Origin: a virus
DNA: 46,959 nucleotides
Strand: one strand, 5' to 3'
UHGV virus genome: UHGV-1362024
The notes beneath the pieces were generated by a model. It saw only the letters and a list, made by a program, of their open reading frames with translations. It searched no databases and was not told the DNA's origin. Each line of letters starts with the position of its first letter. The stretch's first letter is position 1. The position numbers and the translations under genes are program-made. Shown one piece after another: positions 19,235 to 27,720 of this stretch.

Positions 19235-19488
19235 TGATGAAAAAGAATGGTGCTTTTACTCAGAAAGATGGCTCAAAAGTTGCCCGTCTTGGCGATGGTT
19301 ACGTTGGCATTAAATTTGGCTATTGCAATGGAGAAAAGTTAATGGCTTTTGCGAATACCATAAATCGCGGCATTCCTGGCGATAAAACTAATGATACTGA
19401 TGAGTCTGAAATTTACATCGCATTTAAAGATAATGCCGCAATCCAGCGGCTGATTGATAATCTCATTCAACTTCGCGACCATAAGTAA
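19234..19488 (+). CDS. Hypothetical protein (84 aa)
   Basis: Last gene of the operon, ATGA-coupled; followed by a terminator. Confidence 0.4.
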   Translation: MMKKNGAFTQKDGSKVARLGDGYVGIKFGYCNGEKLMAFANTINRGIPGDKTNDTDESEIYIAFKDNAAIQRLIDNLIQLRDHK

Positions 19489-20014
19489 ACAAAGCCCCTG
19501 TCGGGGCTTTTCTTTTATCACGGAAGATAAGCGTCATCCTCAAACCACGAAACGTAAGAGCATTGATATTTTGCGCCGCAGTATCCAGAGATGTGATGCG
19601 TAACAGATAGGTGGTATTAGGCGCCATGATGACCTGCTCACCAAGTTTTGACTGCGAATTACCCTGCCCCTGATTCGATGCGTTCCCTTCACTATACGTC
19701 GCGGCCACCGTCAGTTGCCCAATACTTGTAACCGTAGAGCCAGTAAGAAGCTGCGCTGTTGCAGTATGCTGCGCGATGTCATTTGGGTTATTAATCTCCG
19801 CAGCGGTTCCGCCAGTGACTACAGCTCCACGGTAAATGGATGCCACGACACCCTTACCGGTGTAGCCAATGATGCGCTGGTTAAACACGACCTGTTTTGA
19901 GCCGGTAATAAAAATGCTGTCAAGATTGGCTCCGCCAGCGACGTCAGTCACGCGACGCGATGCGGTAAATAGCTTTCTGCTTATTGGCAAGCTCCGAGTA
20001 GGACTGCGCGACAA
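19463..20014 (-). CDS. Putative structural (head-completion / connector) protein
   Basis: 183-aa Gly/Thr/Ala-rich ORF downstream of the capsid genes. Its 5' end overlaps the upstream ORF; a GTG start near 19945 is possible. Confidence 0.35.
   Translation of the reverse strand: MSRSPTRSLPISRKLFTASRRVTDVAGGANLDSIFITGSKQVVFNQRIIGYTGKGVVASIYRGAVVTGGTAAEINNPNDIAQHTATAQLLTGSTVTSIGQLTVAATYSEGNASNQGQGNSQSKLGEQVIMAPNTTYLLRITSLDTAAQNINALTFRGLRMTLIFRDKRKAPTGALFTYGREVE
19491..19517. terminator. Bidirectional rho-independent terminator (AAAGCCCCTGTCGGGGCTTTTCTTTT)
   Basis: Palindromic hairpin with flanking A-run and T-run between convergent units. Confidence 0.75.
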
Positions 20015-20336
20015 CCTGACTTGATGGCACTGAGGTATCAGCTCGCCACACCAGGACTCTCAGAGATGCAACGCCAGCAGGGGGTTGTGACTTGATCACC
20101 TTCAGTCGCAGTGCCACGCCATAATAATTATTATTGTTAATGTCAATCCAGAAGTCACCAGACGCAAACGGCGATACCATTACGGAAACAGAGCCGCTTG
20201 TTAATGGTTCATGGCTGCCGGAAGAGTTTAATGGCACAATCTGCACCTGCAATGCAGTCCAGTCTGCTGACATCAGCTCGTCAAGCATCACCTCTCCGTC
20301 ATCCCGCGTGGTGAATATGTCGTATCTTACAGCCAT
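19944..20336 (-). CDS. Putative structural protein (listed with TTG start at 20348; ATG at 20336 is preferred)
   Basis: ORF begins immediately after the terminator hairpin at 20351-20372. Confidence 0.35.
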   Translation of the reverse strand: MAVRYDIFTTRDDGEVMLDELMSADWTALQVQIVPLNSSGSHEPLTSGSVSVMVSPFASGDFWIDINNNNYYGVALRLKVIKSQPPAGVASLRVLVWRADTSVPSSQVVAQSYSELANKQKAIYRIASRD

Positions 20337-20350
20337 GGAAACCCCCAATA

Positions 20351-20372
20351 AAAAACCCGCATTATGCGGGTT
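20351..20372 (-). terminator. Rho-independent terminator (AACCCGCATAATGCGGGTTTTTTATT on minus strand)
   Basis: Hairpin plus T-run right after the stop of the 55-aa ORF. Confidence 0.6.
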
Positions 20373-20376
20373 CAGT

Positions 20377-20544
20377 TTACTCTGCTTTCTTTCTCTTTGT
20401 CGTCTTTTCTTGCGGGGTTGCCACTTCGAAAGACTTCTCTTCTACCAAAGAAGCCTTACCAACAAGCCATGCCGGAAGATTATCACCCTCATAGACATCA
20501 CCCTTTTTGAGATGGTGGCTGTCATGAGTAAGAATCCACTTCAT
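20377..20544 (-). CDS. Small hypothetical protein (55 aa)
   Basis: Unlisted ORF MKWILTHDSHHLKKGDVYEGDNLPAWLVGK... with RBS GGAGGA. Confidence 0.35.
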   Translation of the reverse strand: MKWILTHDSHHLKKGDVYEGDNLPAWLVGKASLVEEKSFEVATPQEKTTKRKKAE

Positions 20545-20553
20545 AATTCCTCC

Positions 20554-20811
20554 TTACGGCGTAACAATTCCAGCAGCGCGCAACTGAGCAAGTAACGCAT
20601 TAAGCTTTGTCCCTACAGCGTTTACTGCGGTGGTTGCAGAAGTTGCAACAGCGGCTGCGTCTTCACCAGAAACAGTTTGCGTGGCAATATCAGTAACTGC
20701 TGGCGTCTTTTTTACACCGCCAGCGGCAGAGGTAGTTGCAGCAGGGATGGCTGATGCTGGCACATTACTGAAATGACCAGTATCATCCAGGACTTTTTTC
20801 GGATTAATCAT
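20554..20811 (-). CDS. Small Ala/Thr-rich protein (85 aa), possible head-associated protein
   Basis: Low-complexity A/T/V-rich sequence directly after the capsid-gene terminator. Confidence 0.35.
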   Translation of the reverse strand: MINPKKVLDDTGHFSNVPASAIPAATTSAAGGVKKTPAVTDIATQTVSGEDAAAVATSATTAVNAVGTKLNALLAQLRAAGIVTP

Positions 20812-20823
20812 CTTCTTTACTCC

Positions 20824-20848
20824 AGATAAAAAAGGGGCTTTCGCCCCT
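20824..20848 (-). terminator. Rho-independent terminator after the major capsid gene (AGGGGCGAAAGCCCCTTTTTT on minus strand)
   Basis: Perfect hairpin plus T6 immediately 3' of the capsid stop. Confidence 0.7.
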
Positions 20849-20853
20849 CTTTG

Positions 20854-21870
20854 TTAGGATTGTGTACCCTGAACGTAACCAGCCTGTCCGAGCGCATCGT
20901 ATTTAAACTCTGGCGCGACAGCCGCAATTACGTTAAATGCGTAATCATCTTCAGGACGCAGACGGGTAAATGCGCGGGTGGTAATCGGCATGCCGGACAG
21001 CATCTGGAAGACTTCTGAGCGTTTAACGATACCCAGGATTTCATCTGCTGGAACGCGAGATGCAGGGATGATTGCTGCAACGCCAGGAATCTCCAGCAGG
21101 CGAGACAGGATGGTTTTCGGGTAGGTTGCCACATAATCAGTGGTTGACGCGTAGAACCAGTCGCTGTAGTTGACATAGAATGTCACTGGTGCGTAGTAGT
21201 TCTTAGCCTGAAGCGCCGCGATTGCCTTGGTAATGGCATCAACCCACTCAGCGCCAGTCGCAGCAGACAGGTCATAACCATGCGTGAATGTTGCACGATT
21301 TGGAGCTGTACGCAGGCCGTAAATGGTGGAGCCGCTAACGTTGATACTGGTATCGCCATTAATTACCATATCTTCCAGTTTCTCAGCTACTTTACGCACT
21401 GCGTTGTTGCTCGCTGCGGTGTCAAGCTGATAACCCTCGGTCTGAGCAGCCAGCATCTGACGCCATCCGAAGCTGAAGGATGAGTCGATGATCGGCAGAG
21501 GGGTGCCGTGGTAATCAATTACAGGCGCGTCGGTTTTTGCCTTGCCGCGACCATCCAGGCTGATGTTTACTTCGCCGGAATCGGAAACGGTCTGGAAGTA
21601 ATGCAGCAATTTACCGACAGGCATTGGCATTGACAGGCTTGACAGGTCACTGAAAACAGCCAGTACATCACGCTGAATCTCTACAGCCTGGCGGTCCCAA
21701 ATGCCCCATACATCTTTCGGCAGGGTTGATGCGTTACCAGTCAGGCCATCGGTGTAAATTCCACCGCGATTCTGCCATCCGCTGTTGGCAGCCATTACCT
21801 GGTGCTGGCGGTCATAGTTTCGGCGCTCATTAATAATTAACGCCGCTTGTTCTTTGGAAAACTTAAGCAT
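20854..21870 (-). CDS. Major capsid protein (DUF2184-like family, HK97-fold expected)
   Basis: 338-aa ORF downstream of the scaffold-like and 144-aa genes and followed by a strong terminator. The family name is from memory of this three-gene arrangement. Confidence 0.6.
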   Translation of the reverse strand: MLKFSKEQAALIINERRNYDRQHQVMAANSGWQNRGGIYTDGLTGNASTLPKDVWGIWDRQAVEIQRDVLAVFSDLSSLSMPMPVGKLLHYFQTVSDSGEVNISLDGRGKAKTDAPVIDYHGTPLPIIDSSFSFGWRQMLAAQTEGYQLDTAASNNAVRKVAEKLEDMVINGDTSINVSGSTIYGLRTAPNRATFTHGYDLSAATGAEWVDAITKAIAALQAKNYYAPVTFYVNYSDWFYASTTDYVATYPKTILSRLLEIPGVAAIIPASRVPADEILGIVKRSEVFQMLSGMPITTRAFTRLRPEDDYAFNVIAAVAPEFKYDALGQAGYVQGTQS

Positions 21871-21880
21871 CGTTATCCCC

Positions 21881-22315
21881 TTATGCTTTCACGTATGCGT
21901 TAGCGATAACGACATCACCAAAACCCTGAGCGCTGAGGGTGCGGTTTGCCTTCTCGTCGAAAAATGCGATCACTACATCACCAGCAGCAGCGGCCTTGAA
22001 TACGCCAGCAGCGCCGACTGTCAATTCCTGACCGATGGTGTATGCAGCAGCAGCCAACTGAACATAGTATTCCTGGTCAGGCTCCGCACGATACAGAACT
22101 GCAGTTTCATTTGCAGCGTATGCTGTGTCGATGGTCTGACCATAGAAACGGCGATTGCCGAGGATAAAGATTCGGCCTTTAGCGTCTGTGGCGACGGTGG
22201 CATTTGCAGCAAGTTTCTTCACGGCAACACCAGGAGTCAGCGCGGTGGCGATCTGAACGTTAATGGTCTCCGGCTCACGCTCAACCGGACCACGATAAAT
22301 CACATGAGCAACCAT
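21881..22315 (-). CDS. Head protein (DUF2190-like position; decoration or scaffold accessory)
   Basis: 144-aa Ala-rich ORF between the scaffold-like and capsid genes. Confidence 0.35.
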   Translation of the reverse strand: MVAHVIYRGPVEREPETINVQIATALTPGVAVKKLAANATVATDAKGRIFILGNRRFYGQTIDTAYAANETAVLYRAEPDQEYYVQLAAAAYTIGQELTVGAAGVFKAAAAGDVVIAFFDEKANRTLSAQGFGDVVIANAYVKA

Positions 22316-23610
22316 TATTTAACCTCCAGATGAGCATTCAGGTCGTAATCCTTCCACTGGTCTTCTGCTTCACGGTTCGGCTGGAACCCGCCGGAAATCG
22401 GGGCCGCTTTACTGGTGAGTGCATAGGTTTCACGCAGTGCTTCGCCAGTCAGCGCATTAACAGCAGATTCCGGCAACTTCAGCTCAGCCATAATGGCGGC
22501 GCGCATTGCGGTTTCTTCCTGTGCAGCATTGGCTTGCAGCTGGTCGCGCAGAGTTTTGTTTTGCGCCTCCACATCGGCCAGTTTCTGGTTGACTGCGGTC
22601 AACGATTCCTGAACCGGTTTGAGGGCATCGGCTAATGCAGCCTGTAATTCCTCGTTAGTCATTGAGATTTCCCCTTGAGTTGTTTTTACCGGTTCAAGCT
22701 CTGTCTTATAAACAGCCTTAACCCGTTCACCGACTAATTCTACCATATCCTCGCGGACGATGTAGGACTGCATATAAATGGTGCCATCAATCTCAACGCC
22801 AAAGTAATTATCATAAACGGCGACGATATAGGGCCATACATCAGCGCCAGTCTCGGCCCTGATGATATTGCGGAGCTGCTCGGTAATATCCATGAACGAT
22901 AACTGATTGCCAGTCAGGCGATTGATGGCACGTTGCCACCATTTAATTTTGTTTGCACTTTCGTCGGTCATTACCGATTCCTCAAGGTTAACCACAACGC
23001 GCTCAATGTCTTCGCCATTGGTGGCAAAGATACCAACACCATCTGCTGGCGTTCCCGCTCCCGGGACCCCAGGCGGAAGAATGGCGAGATGATCCCATTC
23101 CATGTTGCGTGCAATCCATGAGTATTTCTTGCCCTTGCTTGTGCCTTCCGCAGCTTCGCGGTTGAGCAATAAGCCAGTGGATACGTGAATTGGTTCAGCG
23201 CCTTCGGTGGAGTTCATTAGAGCTTCAATGCGACCGAGTAGCTCACGACCTTTCTCTGAGCGTTCAGCGATGACTTTGTTTACCTTCAGGTCAACAAGCA
23301 CCTTGCCACCGTCATGAGAGGCGTTCTCTATCCACGCACCAACATGATACTGGTTTACCGCCCGAATGTTGTGCGCCGAAACGAAAGAGCCATCAACCAT
23401 TGGGTGGTTGTATGGGGCCGGGTTTCCATTTAGTCCATGATAACTATTGCGTATCTCTTCCGCTGGGTACATCCCGCCGTTCATCACTATATCGTCGCAT
23501 AACGGAATAACATTTTTTATAACGTAGTGCATGTCACCGTCGATCACCTGCTCACTAATATTGCTTGCAGAGTTGATTGTGGTGAGCACGTTGACTTGCA
23601 GCTTATTCAT
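22315..23610 (-). CDS. Prohead scaffold / protease-like protein (DUF2213-like) with C-terminal coiled-coil
   Basis: 431 aa; the C-terminal region ([40 protein letters not shown]) is scaffold-like. Sits upstream of the capsid gene. Confidence 0.45.
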   Translation of the reverse strand: MNKLQVNVLTTINSASNISEQVIDGDMHYVIKNVIPLCDDIVMNGGMYPAEEIRNSYHGLNGNPAPYNHPMVDGSFVSAHNIRAVNQYHVGAWIENASHDGGKVLVDLKVNKVIAERSEKGRELLGRIEALMNSTEGAEPIHVSTGLLLNREAAEGTSKGKKYSWIARNMEWDHLAILPPGVPGAGTPADGVGIFATNGEDIERVVVNLEESVMTDESANKIKWWQRAINRLTGNQLSFMDITEQLRNIIRAETGADVWPYIVAVYDNYFGVEIDGTIYMQSYIVREDMVELVGERVKAVYKTELEPVKTTQGEISMTNEELQAALADALKPVQESLTAVNQKLADVEAQNKTLRDQLQANAAQEETAMRAAIMAELKLPESAVNALTGEALRETYALTSKAAPISGGFQPNREAEDQWKDYDLNAHLEVK

Positions 23611-23640
23611 TGCGTGGCTCCACGGTTACTTTATGCCCGG

Positions 23641-23649
23641 ATTATAACA
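23641..23649 (-). promoter_or_regulatory. Extended -10 promoter (TGTTATAAT on minus strand) for the scaffold/capsid operon
   Basis: The minus strand reads ggtgTGTTATAATccgg 30 nt upstream of the ATG, with RBS GTGGAG. Confidence 0.5.
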
Positions 23650-23749
23650 CACCATGAATATGCACCACGAAACGGACGCGAGAAGGTAAAGCGGAGATGC
23701 GGTAAAAGCGAAAAGAGTAGCAAAGAATGATATCAGTATGATTGGCATG

Positions 23750-23782
23750 GCTGCTACCTCCTGAATGCAAGGTAGCAGCCAA
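23750..23782. other. Perfect 11-bp stem hairpin (GGCTGCTACCT-N10-AGGTAGCAGCC) without a T-run
   Basis: Palindrome between the gene end at 23793 and the late promoter; candidate processing site or factor-dependent terminator. Confidence 0.3.
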
Positions 23783-23792
23783 TGATGAAGAT

Positions 23793-24137
23793 TTATTGAG
23801 GACTATTCTTATTTAGCATTCCGCAGTTAATTTTTGCGCGATTTACTGCATCCATGAACTTGCCGATTGACATCGTTTTCTTCAGTTCCGCAATGATTGC
23901 GCCATGTAACATCCTCTCCTCGCCATAGTACAGTTTATCGAGTCGCTGCTTCACCAGATTGCGGGTGCGCTGCATGTGGTCGCGTGCTTTGATGGCCTTC
24001 TCTTTCCATACTCTGCCTGCATCATGGTTGCCAGAAAGCTGACGCTCGATAGCCTCAATCTCAAAGGCAAGCGTCATATCAATGTCATCCAGTTCGCTGA
24101 TTGTTGCTTCCATGATTTCGTTAAGTTGTAGTTTCAT
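23793..24137 (-). CDS. Hypothetical protein (114 aa)
   Basis: Listed ORF, ATGA-coupled to the upstream gene. Confidence 0.4.
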   Translation of the reverse strand: MKLQLNEIMEATISELDDIDMTLAFEIEAIERQLSGNHDAGRVWKEKAIKARDHMQRTRNLVKQRLDKLYYGEERMLHGAIIAELKKTMSIGKFMDAVNRAKINCGMLNKNSPQ

Positions 24138-24409
24138 TTGTTAATATTCTCCTCTAAAGCTCTAATAACAGCGCGGGTCAGGAGACCCTCACCATTCATG
24201 GCTACGTGCGCTTTTATCTCGCTAAGCGCTGCCTTTAAAACGCCAACACTTACCGTAACAACTCGCTTATTATCTTCATTTATTTTCTTCAATCTCTCTA
24301 TTGCTGTTAGCTCTTCCACTATCCACCCCATCTCTCTACGATTATTGGCCGTGCGTTCACATTTGGTGACAAACAGCACGTTTCCTGATTTATGCTTTAC
24401 CGCCCACAT
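24134..24409 (-). CDS. Hypothetical protein (91 aa)
   Basis: Listed ORF in a coupled array of small genes. Confidence 0.4.
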   Translation of the reverse strand: MWAVKHKSGNVLFVTKCERTANNRREMGWIVEELTAIERLKKINEDNKRVVTVSVGVLKAALSEIKAHVAMNGEGLLTRAVIRALEENINK

Positions 24410-24921
24410 GACTGGCGCGCCCCGGCAAGCAGCTTTTCAAACATCATCCTGTCACGGCTCATGCCAAACGGAATAACCTCCTGCCAGTAATATTTCCATG
24501 CTCCGCCGGGAAGCATTTCACGGTCAACCTGACCAATGCTTGCCAGGTAGCGCATGCGTGCCTTGAGGATGGTGTAATTGACGCCTACAGCCTCTGCTAT
24601 CTGCTTGCTCTTGCGTCCCGGATTCGCCTCAAGATACGTCTGAATTGCCAAATCAAGCGCGGTATTATCGGGATTGAGGAAATACTTAAAGCAGCGCCTG
24701 CCATGGCTGACGCTTTCCTCCTTAATAATAAATCCCATGCTCTCCAGCTCAATCAGATAACCTGTAACGCTGGCTCGGTTTGTCATGCCAGTCTGCTTGC
24801 GTATCATGGCATTGGTTGCGCCGCCGCAGCGCTCTATCACCGTTAGTATTTGCGTTTTAAAGTCCATTTGCGCGCTCCAGTGCATCCTGTTTGTAGTCGC
24901 TAACTGTATATAGGAAGCCAT
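24397..24921 (-). CDS. Hypothetical protein (174 aa), possible winged-helix DNA-binding protein
   Basis: Listed ORF; no confident motif. Confidence 0.35.
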   Translation of the reverse strand: MASYIQLATTNRMHWSAQMDFKTQILTVIERCGGATNAMIRKQTGMTNRASVTGYLIELESMGFIIKEESVSHGRRCFKYFLNPDNTALDLAIQTYLEANPGRKSKQIAEAVGVNYTILKARMRYLASIGQVDREMLPGGAWKYYWQEVIPFGMSRDRMMFEKLLAGARQSCGR

Positions 24922-25093
24922 TTCTGGTATTCCATGACCTTACAGCAGAGCAAAGGCGGACGTACTTATCACCTTTCTTTCCGCAATCATTGCACTCAAT
25001 AATCCACTTGGAATCATTTACGCAAGCAAAAATATTAAGGCTCCCGCAATCATGGCACTCAAGTAATCCACTACTGCTCATCATTGGTTTCAT
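24857..25093 (-). CDS. Lar-family restriction-alleviation-like zinc-finger protein
   Basis: Two CxxC pairs (CHDCGS...CNDCGKKG) followed by AVRSWNTRNG, resembling the conserved A.WN.R element of Lar-type proteins. 78 aa; the 5' end overlaps the neighbour. Confidence 0.45.
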   Translation of the reverse strand: MKPMMSSSGLLECHDCGSLNIFACVNDSKWIIECNDCGKKGDKYVRLCSAVRSWNTRNGFLYTVSDYKQDALERANGL

Positions 25094-25326
25094 TTGGCCA
25101 CCTTTTCCATCATGTATTTAACCTGAATGTTGCATAGCTTTCTCAGCACCCTATCCCTGCGATAATCGCGCTTTATGCCAGGTCGCCCGAAACTGGCGCG
25201 TAGCATCTGTTTCAATGTTCGGCGGTCAGGCTGGTTTTTCTGCCACTCATGCCTTGCATTATCCTCCCTGACATCAGCCATTATTAACTGAAGCAACGTG
25301 CTGGCCCTGCTCATTTCGCCACCCAT
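25090..25326 (-). CDS. Small basic hypothetical protein (78 aa)
   Basis: Listed ORF. Confidence 0.35.
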   Translation of the reverse strand: MGGEMSRASTLLQLIMADVREDNARHEWQKNQPDRRTLKQMLRASFGRPGIKRDYRRDRVLRKLCNIQVKYMMEKVAK

Positions 25327-25502
25327 TCACCAATATTGCTGAAATGCGGGCGCCCTTCGCGCCATTCGATAATTTCGCGGTTAACCTGCCGCTGCATGCG
25401 GTTGCGAACTTCGCGCAATTCGCTTTCAACCCAGGCGCGAGTACGGTCGAGTTCCTCCAGCTTGTTCAACAACTCTTTTTCGTACACCTGATCAGTATTC
25501 AT
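25311..25502 (-). CDS. Small hypothetical protein (63 aa), predicted helical
   Basis: RBS GGAGAG before the ATG. Confidence 0.4.
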   Translation of the reverse strand: MNTDQVYEKELLNKLEELDRTRAWVESELREVRNRMQRQVNREIIEWREGRPHFSNIGEWVAK

Positions 25503-25585
25503 TTTTTCTCTCCATCAGCACTTTGTAGTGAACGCCATAATATTTGAGCACCTGACTATGGTTGTGCAGATACCCGTCATCATCT

Positions 25586-25801
25586 TCAATCGGTAGTCTT
25601 ACCACGATGTAAAACGCCCGGTAGAGTTCTGTCCATCCATGACAACATTTGCGCTTCCTCGGCTTCATGGGCGGCCTCCATAGCAGCCAGATCAATGCGC
25701 TGCTCGATAGATTTAATGATTGACTCTGGCACATTAAGCATTTGCAGAGTCTCCCTGCAATCGCGCTTATGAACTTCTGTCACCTCCTGCCACTTTTTCA
25801 T
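25586..25801 (-). CDS. Small hypothetical protein (71 aa)
   Basis: ATGA-coupled to the upstream HNH gene. It conflicts with the overlapping listed ORF 25492-25734, which I consider less likely. Confidence 0.35.
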   Translation of the reverse strand: MKKWQEVTEVHKRDCRETLQMLNVPESIIKSIEQRIDLAAMEAAHEAEEAQMLSWMDRTLPGVLHRGKTTD

Positions 25802-26319
25802 TCCACACCACCTTTTATCATTCTTTTTGGCCTATTGATTCCATGGTTTTCATGGAAACCATATTTCATTTCAGCTTCAAGTCTGGCCTTTATTGCTTCG
25901 CTCTTTTCTGAAAAGCGACCTAAGTGCAGCCTTGTTCCGTTTAAGACTATTTGCGCGTACCACTTGCCGCGCTTTTTATCAAAACAAACACCAACAACAC
26001 CACTGGTGTTGTCGCTCCTGATTGAACTGTTTCTCGTGTTTTCTCTCCTGTTAACAAGCCTGAGATTCTCTATTCGGTTGTCATCTCTGATGTGGTTGAT
26101 GTGATCAATTTCCATGTCTTCCGGTATTGGTCCGTTAAATAGCTCCCAAACAATCCTGTGCTCATATGTCTGGGTGTATTTTACTTTTACCTTTCGATAA
26201 CCTGTCGTTGGCTCCAGGCACCCAATCCTTGCGCCATCCTTTACGTTGTTTGACGGCTTAACCTTCCAGTAAAGCTTGCCGTTTTCGTAAACAAACAAGT
26301 CAATAAAGTTCATATCCAC
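25798..26319 (-). CDS. HNH homing endonuclease with AP2 domain (paralog 2 of 3)
   Basis: HRIVWELFNGPIPEDMEIDHINHIRDDNRIENLRLV with an AP2-like C-terminus (SGVVGVCFDKKRGKWYAQIVLNGTRLHLGRF). Confidence 0.85.
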   Translation of the reverse strand: MDMNFIDLFVYENGKLYWKVKPSNNVKDGARIGCLEPTTGYRKVKVKYTQTYEHRIVWELFNGPIPEDMEIDHINHIRDDNRIENLRLVNRRENTRNSSIRSDNTSGVVGVCFDKKRGKWYAQIVLNGTRLHLGRFSEKSEAIKARLEAEMKYGFHENHGINRPKRMIKGGVE

Positions 26320-26359
26320 ATCACTCGCATTAAGATGTTATAATCTACAACACCTAGTA

Positions 26360-26385
26360 TTGACTAATTGACGTAGATTAGTCAA
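26360..26385. promoter_or_regulatory. Palindromic operator / divergent promoter region: TTGACTAAT-TGACGTAG-ATTAGTCAA (copy 3 of the TGACGTAGATT module)
   Basis: 9-bp inverted repeat flanking the conserved TGACGTAG core, between divergent operons. A TTATAAT box sits about 20 nt upstream, at 26338. Confidence 0.5.
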
Positions 26386-26408
26386 GATGATTTCACAGGG
26401 GAGCGACA

Positions 26409-26609
26409 ATGGCGAGACAACGCAAAGAACCACTGGAAGTACTGACTGATATTATCGCTAAGCGCCAGCCGTTAAGCCTGCGAGATGTCAGATATTACGC
26501 GCACTGCTATGTAGCAATGCGCGAATGGAGTGCTGAAGAAATGTATGCGTTTGTGCGCGAACACTTCAGCGTGGATGAGAAAAACAAAGTTACGTTGAGG
26601 GTGGAGTGA
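26409..26609 (+). CDS. Hypothetical protein (66 aa)
   Basis: First gene of the plus-strand operon. Confidence 0.4.
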   Translation: MARQRKEPLEVLTDIIAKRQPLSLRDVRYYAHCYVAMREWSAEEMYAFVREHFSVDEKNKVTLRVE

Positions 26610-27079
26610 TGAAATACAAATACCTGAAAGGAAGTGCTGATTATTTTAATGGTCATGAAGATGCCGTTCTTGCTGTGAAGTCAGCAACCAGTGGCAAAAT
26701 CCACTACCTCAGCGCGGATTATGCAGGGCGAGATAAGGATATCGAAAAGGCTGGCGATATTGTTATCGCCCATCGTGAGCCAGTAACTGATGATGACTTG
26801 AATTGGCGCGCCATCTCAACAGAAGCCCTCATCACCGAGCGCGGCAACCGTTATGGCAAATTCAAAGACGGCGCAGAAATCATGCAGTCACTGAAAGACA
26901 CCATGCGAGACGTTGACGGCTGGAACAACCTGACGGCGAGCCAGAAGGAAGCGCTCGACATGATTCAGCATAAAATCGGTAGAATCCTGAATGGCGACCC
27001 GACATACGACGATAGCTGGAAGGACATTGCTGGCTATGCAACATTAATTGTTAATGAACTGAATGGGGAGGTAAAGTGA
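26606..27079 (+). CDS. Hypothetical protein (157 aa)
   Basis: ATGA-coupled. C-terminal helical segment ERGNRYGKFKDGAEIMQSLKD...LTASQKEALDMIQHKIGRIL. No confident family. Confidence 0.4.
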   Translation: MMKYKYLKGSADYFNGHEDAVLAVKSATSGKIHYLSADYAGRDKDIEKAGDIVIAHREPVTDDDLNWRAISTEALITERGNRYGKFKDGAEIMQSLKDTMRDVDGWNNLTASQKEALDMIQHKIGRILNGDPTYDDSWKDIAGYATLIVNELNGEVK

Positions 27080-27303
27080 TGGCACAATGCAAAAGCACTG
27101 AAGCACAAGAGTCTGGGCACTTTGAGTGCAATGGGTTTGCCGCACGATTAAAAGGCAAGCACCTGACCATTGAAGTGACTGGCGACAAAGTCAATGCTGC
27201 ATATGATTGCAGCCTGTTTACTCACGATGAGGTTGGGGTGATTATCAAGTGCATCCAGCACATCAACAAAAGTGTCAGCAAAGCGTCAATGGTGAAGTTA
27301 TGA
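27076..27303 (+). CDS. Hypothetical protein (75 aa)
   Basis: Coupled ORF. Confidence 0.4.
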   Translation: MMAQCKSTEAQESGHFECNGFAARLKGKHLTIEVTGDKVNAAYDCSLFTHDEVGVIIKCIQHINKSVSKASMVKL

Positions 27304-27428
27304 ATCGAGAGCCGGTAGCCTACATCATTACCAGCAATCGTGGCCGCCGCTATCTGGCGTTTGCTGGTAGTGTTGAGCACCAAAATGCAGCCATGTTTGG
27401 CTATGAGATGAAACCACTATACGAATGA
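27300..27428 (+). CDS. Small hypothetical protein (42 aa)
   Basis: Unlisted ORF MNREPVAYIITSNRGRRYLAFAGS..., ATGA-coupled. Confidence 0.3.
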   Translation: MNREPVAYIITSNRGRRYLAFAGSVEHQNAAMFGYEMKPLYE

Positions 27429-27437
27429 GGTGTAAAA

Positions 27438-27692
27438 ATGTCTTTAAGCTTTGGTGAGGCCTTAGAGGAGATGGGGATTGGATGCAAGGTCGCAAGAAAC
27501 GGGTGGAATGGAAAGGGTATGTTCCTGTTCATGATAGCAGGAGGGGCATGGGACTTTGAGTGCGACATTGATGGGGTTGATGGGCTTAATACGCTACCTT
27601 TTATCTGCATGAAAACGGCTGATGGGAAACTGGTTCCATGGCTGGCAAGCCAAACCGATATGATTGCAAGTGACTGGATGGTTATTGGTTGA
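27438..27692 (+). CDS. DUF2829-family protein (Tad2-like; candidate anti-Thoeris / signalling-nucleotide sponge)
   Basis: 84 aa. FGEALEEMGIGCKVARNGWNGKGMF and KTADGKLVPWLASQTDMIASDWMVIG match my recollection of the DUF2829 consensus (GWNGKGM...PWLASQTDM..DW). RBS GAGG; last gene before a terminator. Confidence 0.55.
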   Translation: MSLSFGEALEEMGIGCKVARNGWNGKGMFLFMIAGGAWDFECDIDGVDGLNTLPFICMKTADGKLVPWLASQTDMIASDWMVIG

Positions 27693-27696
27693 CGGC

Positions 27697-27720
27697 AAAG
27701 CCCCTTTACGGGGCTTTTTT
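27697..27720 (+). terminator. Rho-independent terminator (AAAGCCCCTTTACGGGGCTTTTTT)
   Basis: Hairpin plus T-run after the Tad2-like gene. Confidence 0.75.

Noticed and set aside
25492-25734. 80-aa minus-strand ORF MCQSQSLNLSS...
   Set aside because: Overlaps the better-supported 71-aa ORF (25586-25801), which is ATGA-coupled to the HNH gene. The N-terminal half is Ser/Leu/Arg-rich. A shorter C-terminal product cannot be excluded.
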